Part shown: piece after piece, positions 1 through 14,510 of the stretch
Position numbering within the stretch: the stretch's first letter is position 1
Layout: every line of letters starts with the position of its first letter
Assembly: GCA_018813065.1 (NCBI GenBank)
Contig: JAHJCH010000337.1
Span: 1-62,945 of the forward strand
Length of the DNA: 62,945 nt
Direction: 5' to 3'
Origin: Myxococcota bacterium
GTDB lineage: Bacteria > Myxococcota_A > Bradymonadia > UBA7976 > UBA1532
Translations under genes and position numbers: made by a program
The notes under the pieces: model-generated
Seen by the model: only the letters and a program-made list of their open reading frames with translations
Databases searched by the model: none
What the model was told of the DNA's origin: nothing

Positions 1-615
1 ACGCTGGGGCTTGAGCGACTCCAAGCGGTTGCGCAGGAGCCGCGCCGCGCCCCCCTCCACCACCACCGCCGCCTCTGCTTCGCTGCGCGGATCTGCCCGC
101 AACGTCGAGTCGATGATCGCCAGCCGCTGCGCTTGGTGAGACACGAGCGCCACGCGCGCCCCCGTCACCTCGCTCTGGACGAAGGTAAAGGAGACGACCC
201 GCTCCAGCCATATCCCAGATTGCGCGCTCTCTATCCGCGCTCGACGTAAGAGGATCGCCCCGCTGTCGGTGATGTGTACCCCGTCCACGCCGCTGAGGAC
301 CACGCCATCAAGGGTCAGCGCGTCTACCCGATGCGCGACTAAAGACACCTGTCCCTCTAATCGCAGATGACTCAATGTGATCGCCCGCGCCCCCTGGAGC
401 CGCAGCCCGCCCCCCAGCGTCGTCCCCACCCGGCCACGCAGGGCCACCACGCGATCTCCTGAGATCGTCAACGGGGCTTCATAGCGGCAGCCCGCGGCCA
501 GTTGGAGCGTGGCGGGGCCAGGCAGCCGCTCGATCAGCGCGCCGAGGGGCTCGTCGCAGGGGATCTCTAAGGTGGGCGCGGCGAGGATCGTGATAAAGAG
601 CGCGGAAAATAACAT
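1..615 (-). CDS. secreted parallel beta-helix-like repeat protein, 5' part only (gene runs off left edge)
   Basis: Absent from the ORF track because there is no stop in the window. My reverse-strand translation from the ATG at 613-615 gives MLFSALFITILAAPTLEIPCDEPLG... and stays open to position 1. The N-terminus is signal-like. Repeating ~22-aa segments (LRLQGARAITLSHLRLEG, VDALTLDGVVLSGVDGVHITDS) are typical of right-handed beta-helix proteins. Confidence 0.5.
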   Translation of the reverse strand, partial: MLFSALFITILAAPTLEIPCDEPLGALIERLPGPATLQLAAGCRYEAPLTISGDRVVALRGRVGTTLGGGLRLQGARAITLSHLRLEGQVSLVAHRVDALTLDGVVLSGVDGVHITDSGAILLRRARIESAQSGIWLERVVSFTFVQSEVTGARVALVSHQAQRLAIIDSTLRADPRSEAEAAVVVEGGAARLLRNRLESLKPQR

Positions 616-698
616 TGCTCTACTCCAGGCAAAGACGCCCCTAGAGACGAGCCCGCAGGCCACACGCTCAAGTCATGCGTCATGGGTGACACAGGGGC

Positions 699-1649
699 TC
701 AGCGGGCGGCGCGGGTCAGCCAAGCGAAGGCCGGGGCGGCGAAGAGGGCGGCGAAGAGGAGCGTCGCCAGCTGCGCGAAGACGCCCGTCAGCGCGGCCTC
801 GTCGATCCCCAGGCCCACCCACATAAAGGCGCCAACCCAGCCCGCCTCAAGGGCGCCGATGCTGCCGACGGTGAAGAGCGGTAAGGCGCTGGCGATGGCC
901 GCCCCAGAGACGCCCACGATCAGCTGGGCGGGGCTGACGTTGATGCCGCAGGCGGCGATCAGCGCGCCAAAGAGCGCGAACTGCGCCGACATCACCACCA
1001 CGGTGCCGCCAATCAGCGCGCTCCAGGCCCTTAGGCCATATCGCGCGCCCACCTGGAGGGCGTCGAGGAGCGCGTTTAAGGCGCGGCGCTGCCAGCCCTC
1101 GGGGGCGAGGCCCAGCCGCCGCGCGGCGGCCAGGAGCAGGCGCGCGGCCAAGGCCGCCCAGGCGCGGAAGCTCAGGAGCGCGAGGCTGGAGAGCCCAATG
1201 ACCCACCACAGGGGCGCCAGGCGCGCCCCACCCGCGCTAAAGACCCACGCCGCGCCGCCCAGGGCGAAGATCCCTAAGACCCAGATCTCGACGAGGCGCA
1301 CCAGGGCCAAGGCGATGAGGGCCGGGGCGGCGGGCTCACCGGCGATCCGCTGGAGCGTGTAGGGCAGGCTCAGCTCTCCAAGCCGAAGCGGGGTGACGCG
1401 CGTTAGGAAGTTTTGCACGGCGATGGCGGCGATCACTTGCCGGAGGTCGCTGCGCTGGCACAGCGCCCAGAACCGCGCGCCTCGGGCGAGGAGCACGAGC
1501 GCGGCGAGCCCAAGGGCGGCGAGGAGGAGGCGAGGCCGCGCGGCGGCGAGCTGGGCGTGGACACGGGCGAGATCGAGCTGGGCGAGGACGAGGGCGAGGA
1601 GCCCCAAGGAGGTCAACGTCCCCAGGGCGATCACCAGGCGCTTTGACAT
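699..1649 (-). CDS. polytopic membrane protein, lysylphosphatidylglycerol-synthase-TM / flippase-like (UPF0104) type
   Basis: ORF 699..1700. I prefer the ATG at 1647-1649 (MSKRLVIALGTLTSLGLLALVLAQLD). The protein has multiple hydrophobic helices with Arg-rich loops. The family call is by resemblance only. Confidence 0.55.
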   Translation of the reverse strand: MSKRLVIALGTLTSLGLLALVLAQLDLARVHAQLAAARPRLLLAALGLAALVLLARGARFWALCQRSDLRQVIAAIAVQNFLTRVTPLRLGELSLPYTLQRIAGEPAAPALIALALVRLVEIWVLGIFALGGAAWVFSAGGARLAPLWWVIGLSSLALLSFRAWAALAARLLLAAARRLGLAPEGWQRRALNALLDALQVGARYGLRAWSALIGGTVVVMSAQFALFGALIAACGINVSPAQLIVGVSGAAIASALPLFTVGSIGALEAGWVGAFMWVGLGIDEAALTGVFAQLATLLFAALFAAPAFAWLTRAAR

Positions 1650-1810
1650 GAGTGGCTCCGCTGGGCTGGGCGGGGCATTGAGCCATAAGCGGCCGCTCAA
1701 GCCAACTCACGCCGTGATCTCATTCGGCGTTGGGCGCGCCACGCGGGTTTTGCGTTGATCTGCTCGGGTGTTTAAACGAGTGTGTCGCCGCTTGAGCGAC
1801 TCGCCTGGAG

Positions 1811-3214
1811 GTGGATATGCGTGTTTTGTTTGTTGTTTTGACCCTCGCCTTGGGCTGCTCTGAGCCCTCAAGCGCGGCGGATGAGGACGCCGGGGCGATC
1901 CCTGCCCCGCGCGTGGACGCTCAGCTGATCGTGCGCCCAGACGCAGGCCCCCCCGGCGACGCGGGGCGGCCTGGGGATGACGCGGCGCGGCCTGGGGATG
2001 ACGCGGCTCTGCCCCTCGACGCGGCGCGGCCTGGGGATGACGCGGCGCGGCCTGGGGATGACGCGGCGCGGCCTGGGGATGACGCGGATCTGCCCCTCGA
2101 CGCCGAACGACCTGGGGATGCGGCGCGGCCTGGGGATGACGCGGCTCTGCCCCTCGACGCGGCGCGGCCCAGCGATGTCGGCGTCTCGCCCGATGCCGGG
2201 GATGATCCCTGTGAGGGCCTCACCCTCTGCGCGGAGCCCGCTTGGTCCTGTGAGGGCGATGTCGCCGTGGCCTGCTGGTACGACGACAATGATTGCTTGG
2301 TGGCCACGCGGACAGACTGCACGCTTCAACTCAATGGCTATTGCTCCACGGAGGGGGTCCTCCCCGGCTGCCGCGAGGGCGAGGGGATCTGCGGCGGGAT
2401 GGGCTTCTGCCCCGCTGAGCGCTACTGCGAGGGCGACACCCTGCACGTCTGCATCAGCGATGAGGAGGGCTGCGCCAGCACCCGCGTCGAGCAGACCTGC
2501 GCCAATGAGGGCAAGATCTGCGTCGCCACCCAGGACGGCGGCGCGGACTGCGTGTTGGCTTCCCCTGAGGCGGTGTCGGCGCAGATCGCCGCAGCGCGCG
2601 CCGCCATCGATGGCGCGGCGCGGCTGCCCCGCGCGGGGGATTGGGATATCGAGCACGCCCTCGTCACGCGGGTCAAGGCGCCCCTGGGCGCAGACGCGGG
2701 CGGCTTTATCCTTCAAGGAGAGCGCACCGGCCCCGCGATCTTCGTGCTCCATGAAGATCCCGTGGGCGTGGTGGAGGTCGGCGATGAGGTCAGCGTCTGG
2801 TTCGAGGAGGTGGATCTGGATCAAGGTCGGCGCGTCGCCAGCGGCTTGGGCTGGATCGACATCTGGAGCCAAGGCAATGACGTCAACGGCTGGGCGCAGG
2901 AGGTCAGCGGCGTTGATCTCGTCACCGCCCTCGATGACTACGAGTTTGAGCTGATCACCTTGGAGGCGCAGGTGATCGCCCCCTTCGCCTCGGCGGGGCC
3001 ACGCTTCGTTGACGCGACCTTGCGCAGCGCGGGCGTCACCGAGGGGGATCTGCGCCTGCGCGTCCCCACGACCTTATCGACGAGCCTGCTCGGGGATCGC
3101 GCGGATCTGGTCGGCTGCATCGTGCGGATCGGCCCCAGCCCCCTCTGGCGTTATCTCGATCGCGCTCAGCCCACCGCGATGGACATCAGCGAGATCGCGG
3201 TCGAGTGCCCCTGA
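1811..3214 (+). CDS. lipoprotein with DAARPGDD tandem repeats and a Cys-rich domain
   Basis: Signal peptide plus lipobox (LTLALGC), 8-aa repeats at 1958-2172, then a Cys-rich region. Strong GC3 coding bias. Confidence 0.7.
   Translation: MDMRVLFVVLTLALGCSEPSSAADEDAGAIPAPRVDAQLIVRPDAGPPGDAGRPGDDAARPGDDAALPLDAARPGDDAARPGDDAARPGDDADLPLDAERPGDAARPGDDAALPLDAARPSDVGVSPDAGDDPCEGLTLCAEPAWSCEGDVAVACWYDDNDCLVATRTDCTLQLNGYCSTEGVLPGCREGEGICGGMGFCPAERYCEGDTLHVCISDEEGCASTRVEQTCANEGKICVATQDGGADCVLASPEAVSAQIAAARAAIDGAARLPRAGDWDIEHALVTRVKAPLGADAGGFILQGERTGPAIFVLHEDPVGVVEVGDEVSVWFEEVDLDQGRRVASGLGWIDIWSQGNDVNGWAQEVSGVDLVTALDDYEFELITLEAQVIAPFASAGPRFVDATLRSAGVTEGDLRLRVPTTLSTSLLGDRADLVGCIVRIGPSPLWRYLDRAQPTAMDISEIAVECP
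1958..2172 (+). repeat. 24-bp-based in-frame repeat (DAARPGDD / DAALPL)
   Basis: gacgcggcgcggcctggggatgac reiterated with variants. Confidence 0.85.
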
Positions 3215-3307
3215 GCCTCGACGTCGGAAAATACGGCGTCGGAAAATACGACACGTGTCATATTAAACTGCCGTGAGCGCCCGCTGAGGGCGCTGACATG
3301 GAGATCA

Positions 3308-4837
3308 ATGATGCTCTTGAGATGGCTGTCCCTGGCCCTTGTGGCCCTCTTGGGCTGTGATGACGGCGCGCACTCGGTCAACGCGCTCGACGCCACGCTC
3401 GACGCCACGCTTGATGCCACGCTCGACGCCACGCTTGATGCCACGCTCGATGCCATGCTTGATGCCACGCTCGACGCCACGCTTGATGCCACGCTCGACG
3501 CCATGCTTGACGCCCTCGCCGTTGAGGATATGGCCGCTGATGCGCCCGCCGCTGAGGATGTGGTTGTGGTGGATGGCGCGCCGCCAGTGGACAGCATGGC
3601 GGACAGCGCGCCGCCAGTGGACAGCATGGCGGACAGCGCGCCGCCTGATGGCCCGCCGATGCACGCTGAGCCCGACAGCGCCGAGGCCCCCTTTCACCTC
3701 GACCTTGATCCAGAGGGCGTCGGTGAGGCCCTGTTCGCGCTCGATCCCGCCGGGGATCAGGACTTCTTCTCCTTTGATCTGGAGGGCGTCGCCGATGTGG
3801 AGGTGGAGACGCAGGCGGCGGATGATCCGACCTCATGCGCAGGGGACACGATCCTCGATCTGTATGACGCGGCGGGGCGTAACCTGGAGCACAGCGAGGA
3901 TCGCATCGATCTGGGCAACCCTTGTTCGTTGATCTCCCCTCGCTTCGGGGCGTGGTCTACGCGGCTGCCGCCTGGGCGCTACCTCGCCCGCGTCTCCGCC
4001 GCGCCCAATGCGGTGACCGGCCTCAACCGCCTGATCGTCCGCGCGCGGCCCTCCCTCGCCTTTGACGCGCCCTGCGATCCCGCTGATCCCGCGCGCCCTT
4101 GCCCCCCCGATGGCTTCTGCGACGCGCGCGGTGAGGCCCCCATCTGCGCCCCCCACGTCTGCGGCGATGGGCTCTTGGGCGGCGCCGAGGCCTGTGATGA
4201 TGGCGGGCGCGTTGACGGCGATGGCTGTGATCCCCAGTGTCAAATCTCGCCGCTCTTCATCGGCGCGGTCTGTGATCCTCGCCACCCCGATTATCGCTGC
4301 GCGCCATCCGCCTTCTGCGACACACGCCTCAACCCCCCCGTCTGCGCGGCCCACCGCTGCGGGGACGCGGTGGTTGGCCCCGGCGAGCGCTGCGATGACG
4401 GCGACGCCGAGGACGGCGACGGCTGCGATGTCCACTGTCAGCTCGATCCCGTCAACACAGAGCCAGACTCGATGGCGAGCCCCAACCCCCTGGTCTTCGA
4501 CGCTCAGGGCGTGGCGCGCTTGACCTTTGAGCTTGATCCACGCGGGGATGAGGACTTCTTCGCCTTCGAGCTGGCGACGCCCTCGCCCGTGCGCGTTGAG
4601 GTGTTCGATCTCTCCGAGGCGGCCTGCGCGGGCGGCGATCCCTACCTCGAACTCTATGATGAGGCCGGCGCGCTGTACGCCGAGGATGATGATCAGGGCT
4701 TGGAGGATTGCCCCATGATGTCACCTGATCTCCTCAACCCCCTCCCCGCCGGGCGCTGGCGCGTCAAGGTGCGACATTACAGCCTCGATAACCCCCTTGA
4801 GGTCTACGGTTCGTGGCTGCAAGTGACCGTCCTTTAA
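3308..4837 (+). CDS. lipoprotein with Myxococcus cysteine-rich repeats and two pre-peptidase-C-terminal-like domains
   Basis: Lipobox LVALLGC and an LDAT x11 repeat. Two CGDG...CDDG...DGDGC..C motifs (CGDGLLGGAEACDDGGRVDGDGCDPQC and CGDAVVGPGERCDDGDAEDGDGCDVHC). Two DQDFFSFDL / DEDFFAFEL domain cores. Confidence 0.7.
   Translation: MMLLRWLSLALVALLGCDDGAHSVNALDATLDATLDATLDATLDATLDAMLDATLDATLDATLDAMLDALAVEDMAADAPAAEDVVVVDGAPPVDSMADSAPPVDSMADSAPPDGPPMHAEPDSAEAPFHLDLDPEGVGEALFALDPAGDQDFFSFDLEGVADVEVETQAADDPTSCAGDTILDLYDAAGRNLEHSEDRIDLGNPCSLISPRFGAWSTRLPPGRYLARVSAAPNAVTGLNRLIVRARPSLAFDAPCDPADPARPCPPDGFCDARGEAPICAPHVCGDGLLGGAEACDDGGRVDGDGCDPQCQISPLFIGAVCDPRHPDYRCAPSAFCDTRLNPPVCAAHRCGDAVVGPGERCDDGDAEDGDGCDVHCQLDPVNTEPDSMASPNPLVFDAQGVARLTFELDPRGDEDFFAFELATPSPVRVEVFDLSEAACAGGDPYLELYDEAGALYAEDDDQGLEDCPMMSPDLLNPLPAGRWRVKVRHYSLDNPLEVYGSWLQVTVL
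3386..3517 (+). repeat. 12-bp in-frame repeat, 11 units (LDAT/LDAM)
   Basis: ctcgacgccacg / cttgatgccacg alternate without interruption. Confidence 0.9.
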
Positions 4838-4873
4838 GGTGATCTCGTAAGGTCATCTTGCTCTTTGGGGCGC

Positions 4874-6415
<1,542 letters not shown>

Positions 6416-6484
6416 GGGGGCTCCTGTGTAGCGTCATTCCCCAAGCGAACGCGCCCACGCCCAAAGTGGACGACGCGCGGCCGC

Positions 6485-8242
6485 TTACTCCACCTCGCGC
6501 GCCACCCTCAACCCCAACTCAGGCCCCCAAGCGTGGTTGGGGAAGTCGCCGCTGCGCTCTGATACCCGCAGCTGCTTGGCGGTGCTGCGGTAGCTGCCCC
6601 CCCGCGCCACGCGCACCACCGAGACGGATTGGTAGGCCCGGCCATCCAGCGGCGTCTGGCGGTAGTCATTGGCGTAGCTGTCGGCGACCCACTCCCAGAC
6701 GTTGCCCGCCATGTCACACAGCCCTTGGCGCGTGTGGCCCTGGGCTTGGGCGCAGACCGGCGCGGGGCGCCCCTTGGGCGCGTCAAAGCGGGCGTGGACA
6801 GGCGTGGGCGGCGCGCTGCCCCAGGGGTAGCGCACAGGCAGCCCCTTGGAGCGCGCGGCGTACTCCCACTCGGCCTCGGTCAAGAGCCGCCCCCCCACCC
6901 ACTGGGCGTAGATATGCGCCTGATCCCAGTCCAGGCAGTTGATGGGGTGATCTTGGCGCCCCGCCTGGCCCCAATGGCAGGCGGGATCGTCGTCGATCGT
7001 GCGCGGGCGACGGCAGATCCCCGCCTCGACGCACTCGCGGTATTGCCCCACCGTCGTCTCCGACTTGGACACCGCGAAGGGGCTCATCTCCACGCGGTGT
7101 ATCGGCCGCTCGTCCGCCCCGCCGTCCTCGGCGCCCATCATAAAGGCGCCGCCCTCCAGCGTGATCCACTCGATGGGCTGGTGCGGGGGGTCCGGCGGCG
7201 GCGGCGGCTTGGGCGCCTCTACCCCCCGCGCGGCGGGGCTTGGCGGCAGCGCAGGCGGCTCGACGCTGGCCGTAAAGTAGATGTAGCCGCTCAGCCCCAA
7301 GGCCAAGATCAGCAGCCCCCCGATCAGCTTGAGCCACGGGCCTTGGCTGGGCGGCGCGGCCCAGCTCGTCTCCAATGACAGCGGGTCGATCTCATCCGCC
7401 GAGGCCGGCGCCAGGCAGCGCGCCAAGGCTTGACCAAAGGCCGTCATGGACTCAAAGCGCGCGGCGGGGTCTTTGTCTAAGGCCCGCAGGAGCGCGGCGC
7501 GTAAGGGCGGGGTGATCTGCGGGCAGCGCGCGCTTGGATCGGGCGGCGGCCGCTGGACGTGGCCCGCCAGCACATCGAAGTCGCTGGTCGCCTCGCCGCC
7601 GAAGGGCGGCTGGCCCGTCAACATCTCGTAGAGGATGATGGCGCAGGTGTAGAGGTCCGAGGCCGGGGTCAGATCCGCTGGCGCGGTGATCTGCTCCGGG
7701 GACATGTAGGCGGGCGTCCCAAAGAGCACGCCCGTCTGGGTGATGCGCTGCCCCCCCGTCAGCTTGGCGATGCCAAAGTCGGCGATCTTGACCTCGCCTT
7801 CCTTGGTCAAGAGCACGTTGGCGGGCTTGAGATCGCGGTGGATGACGCCCTGGGCGTGGGCGTAGGCGACCCCGTCGATGATCTGCCGAAAGTACGGCCA
7901 CGCCGCCTCAAAGGTCATGCCCTCCTCGGGGATCTGATCCTCCAAGGTGCCCCCCCCGATGTACTCCATGATGATCGCGAGGGGATCTTCGCTGATGTTC
8001 TCGACGCTGAGGATGTTGGGGTGGCGCAGCTGGGCGAGGATCTCCGCCTCTTTGATAAAGCGGGTGACGAACTCGGCGGAGGCGCGCAGGCGCGGATCGA
8101 GGATCTTGATGGCCACGCGCCGCTTGAGCCGCGCGTGCTCGGCGCGCCATACGGTGCCCATGCCGCCGCCGCCGATCTTGTTGATCAACGCATAGCCCAG
8201 GATGTTCTCGCCGCGCTTGGGCGCGTCTTCTCTCTGCATCAT
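6485..8242 (-). CDS. Ser/Thr protein kinase with a TM helix and an extracytoplasmic FGE/SUMF1-type domain
   Basis: Kinase motifs IGGGGMGTVW, VAIK, HRDLKPAN, DFG and SPE. TM segment LIGGLLILALGLSGYIYF. C-terminal FGE-like motifs ERPIHRVEMSPFAVSKSETT, WEWVADSY and RVARGGSY. Start set to the ATGATG at 8237-8242, because the longer ORF (to 8338) overlaps the upstream gene. Confidence 0.85.
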   Translation of the reverse strand: MMQREDAPKRGENILGYALINKIGGGGMGTVWRAEHARLKRRVAIKILDPRLRASAEFVTRFIKEAEILAQLRHPNILSVENISEDPLAIIMEYIGGGTLEDQIPEEGMTFEAAWPYFRQIIDGVAYAHAQGVIHRDLKPANVLLTKEGEVKIADFGIAKLTGGQRITQTGVLFGTPAYMSPEQITAPADLTPASDLYTCAIILYEMLTGQPPFGGEATSDFDVLAGHVQRPPPDPSARCPQITPPLRAALLRALDKDPAARFESMTAFGQALARCLAPASADEIDPLSLETSWAAPPSQGPWLKLIGGLLILALGLSGYIYFTASVEPPALPPSPAARGVEAPKPPPPPDPPHQPIEWITLEGGAFMMGAEDGGADERPIHRVEMSPFAVSKSETTVGQYRECVEAGICRRPRTIDDDPACHWGQAGRQDHPINCLDWDQAHIYAQWVGGRLLTEAEWEYAARSKGLPVRYPWGSAPPTPVHARFDAPKGRPAPVCAQAQGHTRQGLCDMAGNVWEWVADSYANDYRQTPLDGRAYQSVSVVRVARGGSYRSTAKQLRVSERSGDFPNHAWGPELGLRVAREVE

Positions 8243-8261
8243 GACTCGCGCCTCTCTGCGC

Positions 8262-10376
8262 TCAGCGCATGCCCTTGAGGACTTGACGCACGTCGGTGGC
8301 GAAGGCGCCGGAGGGGGCCAGCTTGAGGTAGCGCTCATAGGCCTCGATCGCCGCCTCCTTCTGCCCCAGGTTTTGCCGCGCCGAGCCCATGATCAGCTGG
8401 GCCTGGGCGCTGGCGGCGTTGACCTCCGCCGCCTTGACCGCCATCTGCAAGGCGCGCTCGTCGTGACCATCCTCAAGCAGCGCGCTGGCGAGCGGCAGCA
8501 AGGCCCGCTCGCTGTTGGGGGCGACGCCCAGGGCCTCCTCAAAGCGGGCGATGGCGTCCCGATAGCGCCCCTTCTCTTGTAGCTGCTTGCCCTCGGCGAT
8601 CAGCGCGTCGAGGGCCGCCGCGTCCACCTCGGGCGGCGGCGGCGCGGGGGGCGGCGCTTCGGTGAGCGGCGCCGCCTCAGGCGACGCCTCGGCCTCATCC
8701 GCATCCGCCGCGCGCGGGGCGGTGGCCCCCTCAGGGGTCTGCCAAGGGGCGTCGATGGGCGCGATCTCCTTGGGCAACACCCGCTGCTTGAGGATCTGGG
8801 TGTGCCAGTCGTGGTTGAGCGGCGGCAGCTCCGAGGCGCGCGGCGTCACCGTGTCTTGGAGGGCGAAGAAGAGCACCCCGGCGATGACCAGCGCCCCCAA
8901 AGCGCCAAAGGTGAAGAGGGCGATGCGGGAGATCGGCTCATGGTCGAGGTGATCCTCCATCGCCTCGATCTCCTCCAAGGAGCGCTCAAAGAAGCTGGCC
9001 TCTGAGGCGCCTTGGACGATGTTGGAGGTGGAGGGCAGCGCGCCCATGTCGCCAAAGCCGAGGGGGTCTTCGTCGATGGCCGCCTCGCTGATCTCCGCGA
9101 CGGCTGCGGGCTTGGCTGCGGGCTTGGCTGCGGGGGCGATGGGCGCCTCAAGGGCGTCTGGATCAAAGAGGAGCTGATCGTCATCGGGGAGGCTGAAGCC
9201 GTCGTCGAGCACGAAGGCCCCGGTCTCATCGGGGGCGACGACGCCCGTCGCCGAGGCCAACAGATCGTCCATCAGATCCCTCGGCGGGGCGCCGGAGGCC
9301 GGGGCGGGCCGCAGGCCCAGATCCTCATCGGAGAGCTGGAAGTCCACGGGCTCGACGCGCAGCGGCTCCTCCGCGCCCAGGGGGGCGTCGGGCAGCCAGT
9401 CATCCAGCGCGTCCTCCTCGGCGGGCGGCGGCAGCGCCGCTTGCTGGCTCTGCTCGTAGAGGATGCCCTCAAAGTAGAGGCGGCTCAGGGCGGCGAGGGC
9501 CTCGAGATCGTCAAGCTCAGACTCGTCGATGACGCTCAGCGCGTCGTGGCGGCCGTCGAAGAGCTTGAGCAGCGCGTTGACCTCCGGCGGCAGCTCCGAT
9601 AGCCGCTCCGCCAGCTCGCTGAAGTCCACCTGGAAGGCCACCGAGAGCGGCGGCAGCTGCTCGCACATGCGGCTCCACTCATCGGCGCGCCGCATCCCCT
9701 CGAAGATCAGCTCTTGGATAGGCGTGTGCAGCTTGGTGGGGTGCTTGGCCGCCTTGAAGTCGATCTCAAAGGTGCCCTCCTGCCAGGTCAGCATCCGATA
9801 GATCGCCTCGGCGCCCTTGCGGTGGTTCATCGCCGCGTCGATGATCGCCCCCTCATCGAAGGCCAAGCGCCCCAAGAGCTGCCCCGACTCAATCGTCACC
9901 ACGCCCCCACGACGCCAGCCGGAGATCAGCTGGAGGAGATCGACGACGCTCAGCTCAGACAGCCGCCCAAAGAAGCGCGCCTCATCGGGGCGCTCAAGCG
10001 CTTGGCGGCTGCGCCGCTGAAGCAGCAGCTTGATCTGGGTCAGCAGCTCTTGGGTGAAGATGGGCCGGGTGAGGATCTCATCGGCGCCAGCGGCGCGCCC
10101 CGCCGTGGGATCAGCCCCCGCCTCCATGATCAAGAAGATCGGCAGGGTGTTCATGGCCGGGTGCTGCTTGATCCGCGCGCAGAGCGTCAGGCCGTCCATG
10201 ACCGGCAGCGCGGCGGCGGCGATGATCAAGGCGGGGTGGATCGCCTCGATCTTGACCATCGCCTCGGCGCCGTCGCGGGCGGTGGTGATCGAGAAGCCCG
10301 CGTTGCGCAGCGACACCTCAAGGATGCGCGCGTGGTGTAGATCGTCGTCCACCAAGAGGATGCTCTGTTGCGCCAT
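8262..10376 (-). CDS. response-regulator receiver + DUF4388(PatA-like) + C-terminal TPR protein
   Basis: REC start ILLVDDD...DG..AL......P.LII; LSELSVVDLLQLISGWRRGGVVTIESG is typical of DUF4388. The C-terminal part has TPR-like repeats (GRYRDAIARFEEALGVAPNSERALLPLASALLEDG...). Confidence 0.8.
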   Translation of the reverse strand: MAQQSILLVDDDLHHARILEVSLRNAGFSITTARDGAEAMVKIEAIHPALIIAAAALPVMDGLTLCARIKQHPAMNTLPIFLIMEAGADPTAGRAAGADEILTRPIFTQELLTQIKLLLQRRSRQALERPDEARFFGRLSELSVVDLLQLISGWRRGGVVTIESGQLLGRLAFDEGAIIDAAMNHRKGAEAIYRMLTWQEGTFEIDFKAAKHPTKLHTPIQELIFEGMRRADEWSRMCEQLPPLSVAFQVDFSELAERLSELPPEVNALLKLFDGRHDALSVIDESELDDLEALAALSRLYFEGILYEQSQQAALPPPAEEDALDDWLPDAPLGAEEPLRVEPVDFQLSDEDLGLRPAPASGAPPRDLMDDLLASATGVVAPDETGAFVLDDGFSLPDDDQLLFDPDALEAPIAPAAKPAAKPAAVAEISEAAIDEDPLGFGDMGALPSTSNIVQGASEASFFERSLEEIEAMEDHLDHEPISRIALFTFGALGALVIAGVLFFALQDTVTPRASELPPLNHDWHTQILKQRVLPKEIAPIDAPWQTPEGATAPRAADADEAEASPEAAPLTEAPPPAPPPPEVDAAALDALIAEGKQLQEKGRYRDAIARFEEALGVAPNSERALLPLASALLEDGHDERALQMAVKAAEVNAASAQAQLIMGSARQNLGQKEAAIEAYERYLKLAPSGAFATDVRQVLKGMR

Positions 10377-10563
10377 GTCCCATCGCTCGTGTTGAAAAAA
10401 AACGCTGTATTGTTTCGCTCGCCCCAGGCTGAGTAAAGGGCTTCGCGTCAGCCAACGGCCTCAAGTCGGGGCAGACGCTTCACCGAAACCTTCGCCTCCG
10501 GCGCGGCGCGCCCGTAAGGTGAGGCGTCTTGTGAGCCACGCCCCCATCCATCACCGAGGCCCA

Positions 10564-14133
<3,570 letters not shown>

Positions 14134-14195
14134 AAACCTGATGACCTCTCACATCAGATAACGTAGACTCCCCGCGCAATTGGAGGACGGCTTAC

Positions 14196-14504
14196 ATGCG
14201 CTTGTTACAGCTCTTAGCGATCGCGACGCTCACCGTGTTTCTCAGCTCATGCACGGGCGCGGAGTGCTCAACGGCGGCGGACTGCGACGCCGTAAACAAT
14301 GAAATTTGCGCCGACATCGATCCCGCGACGGGCAAGGGTGAGTGTAGGCAAGATGACAATGGCCGGCGGTGTACGGAGGACAAAGACTGCGCCGACGGTG
14401 AGATGTGCATGAACACCTACTGCAAGAACAAGCCAGGGGAGTCATGCATCCGTCACTCTGAGTGCTCCAGCGGGCTTTGCAGCGTCGGTCGCTGCACCGA
14501 GTAA
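14196..14504 (+). CDS. small Cys-rich lipoprotein
   Basis: Lipobox FLSSC. Ten Cys in 80 mature residues (CSTAADCD...CADGEMC...CIRHSECSSGLCSVGRC). Confidence 0.55.
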   Translation: MRLLQLLAIATLTVFLSSCTGAECSTAADCDAVNNEICADIDPATGKGECRQDDNGRRCTEDKDCADGEMCMNTYCKNKPGESCIRHSECSSGLCSVGRCTE

Positions 14505-14510
14505 GCGCGC

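Noticed and set aside
8243-8338. The longer N-terminus of the kinase ORF (MSATSSWPPPAPSPP...).
   Set aside because: It overlaps the 3' end of the REC-DUF4388-TPR gene and has no kinase subdomain. The ATGATG at 8242 leaves a normal distance to the Gly-rich loop.
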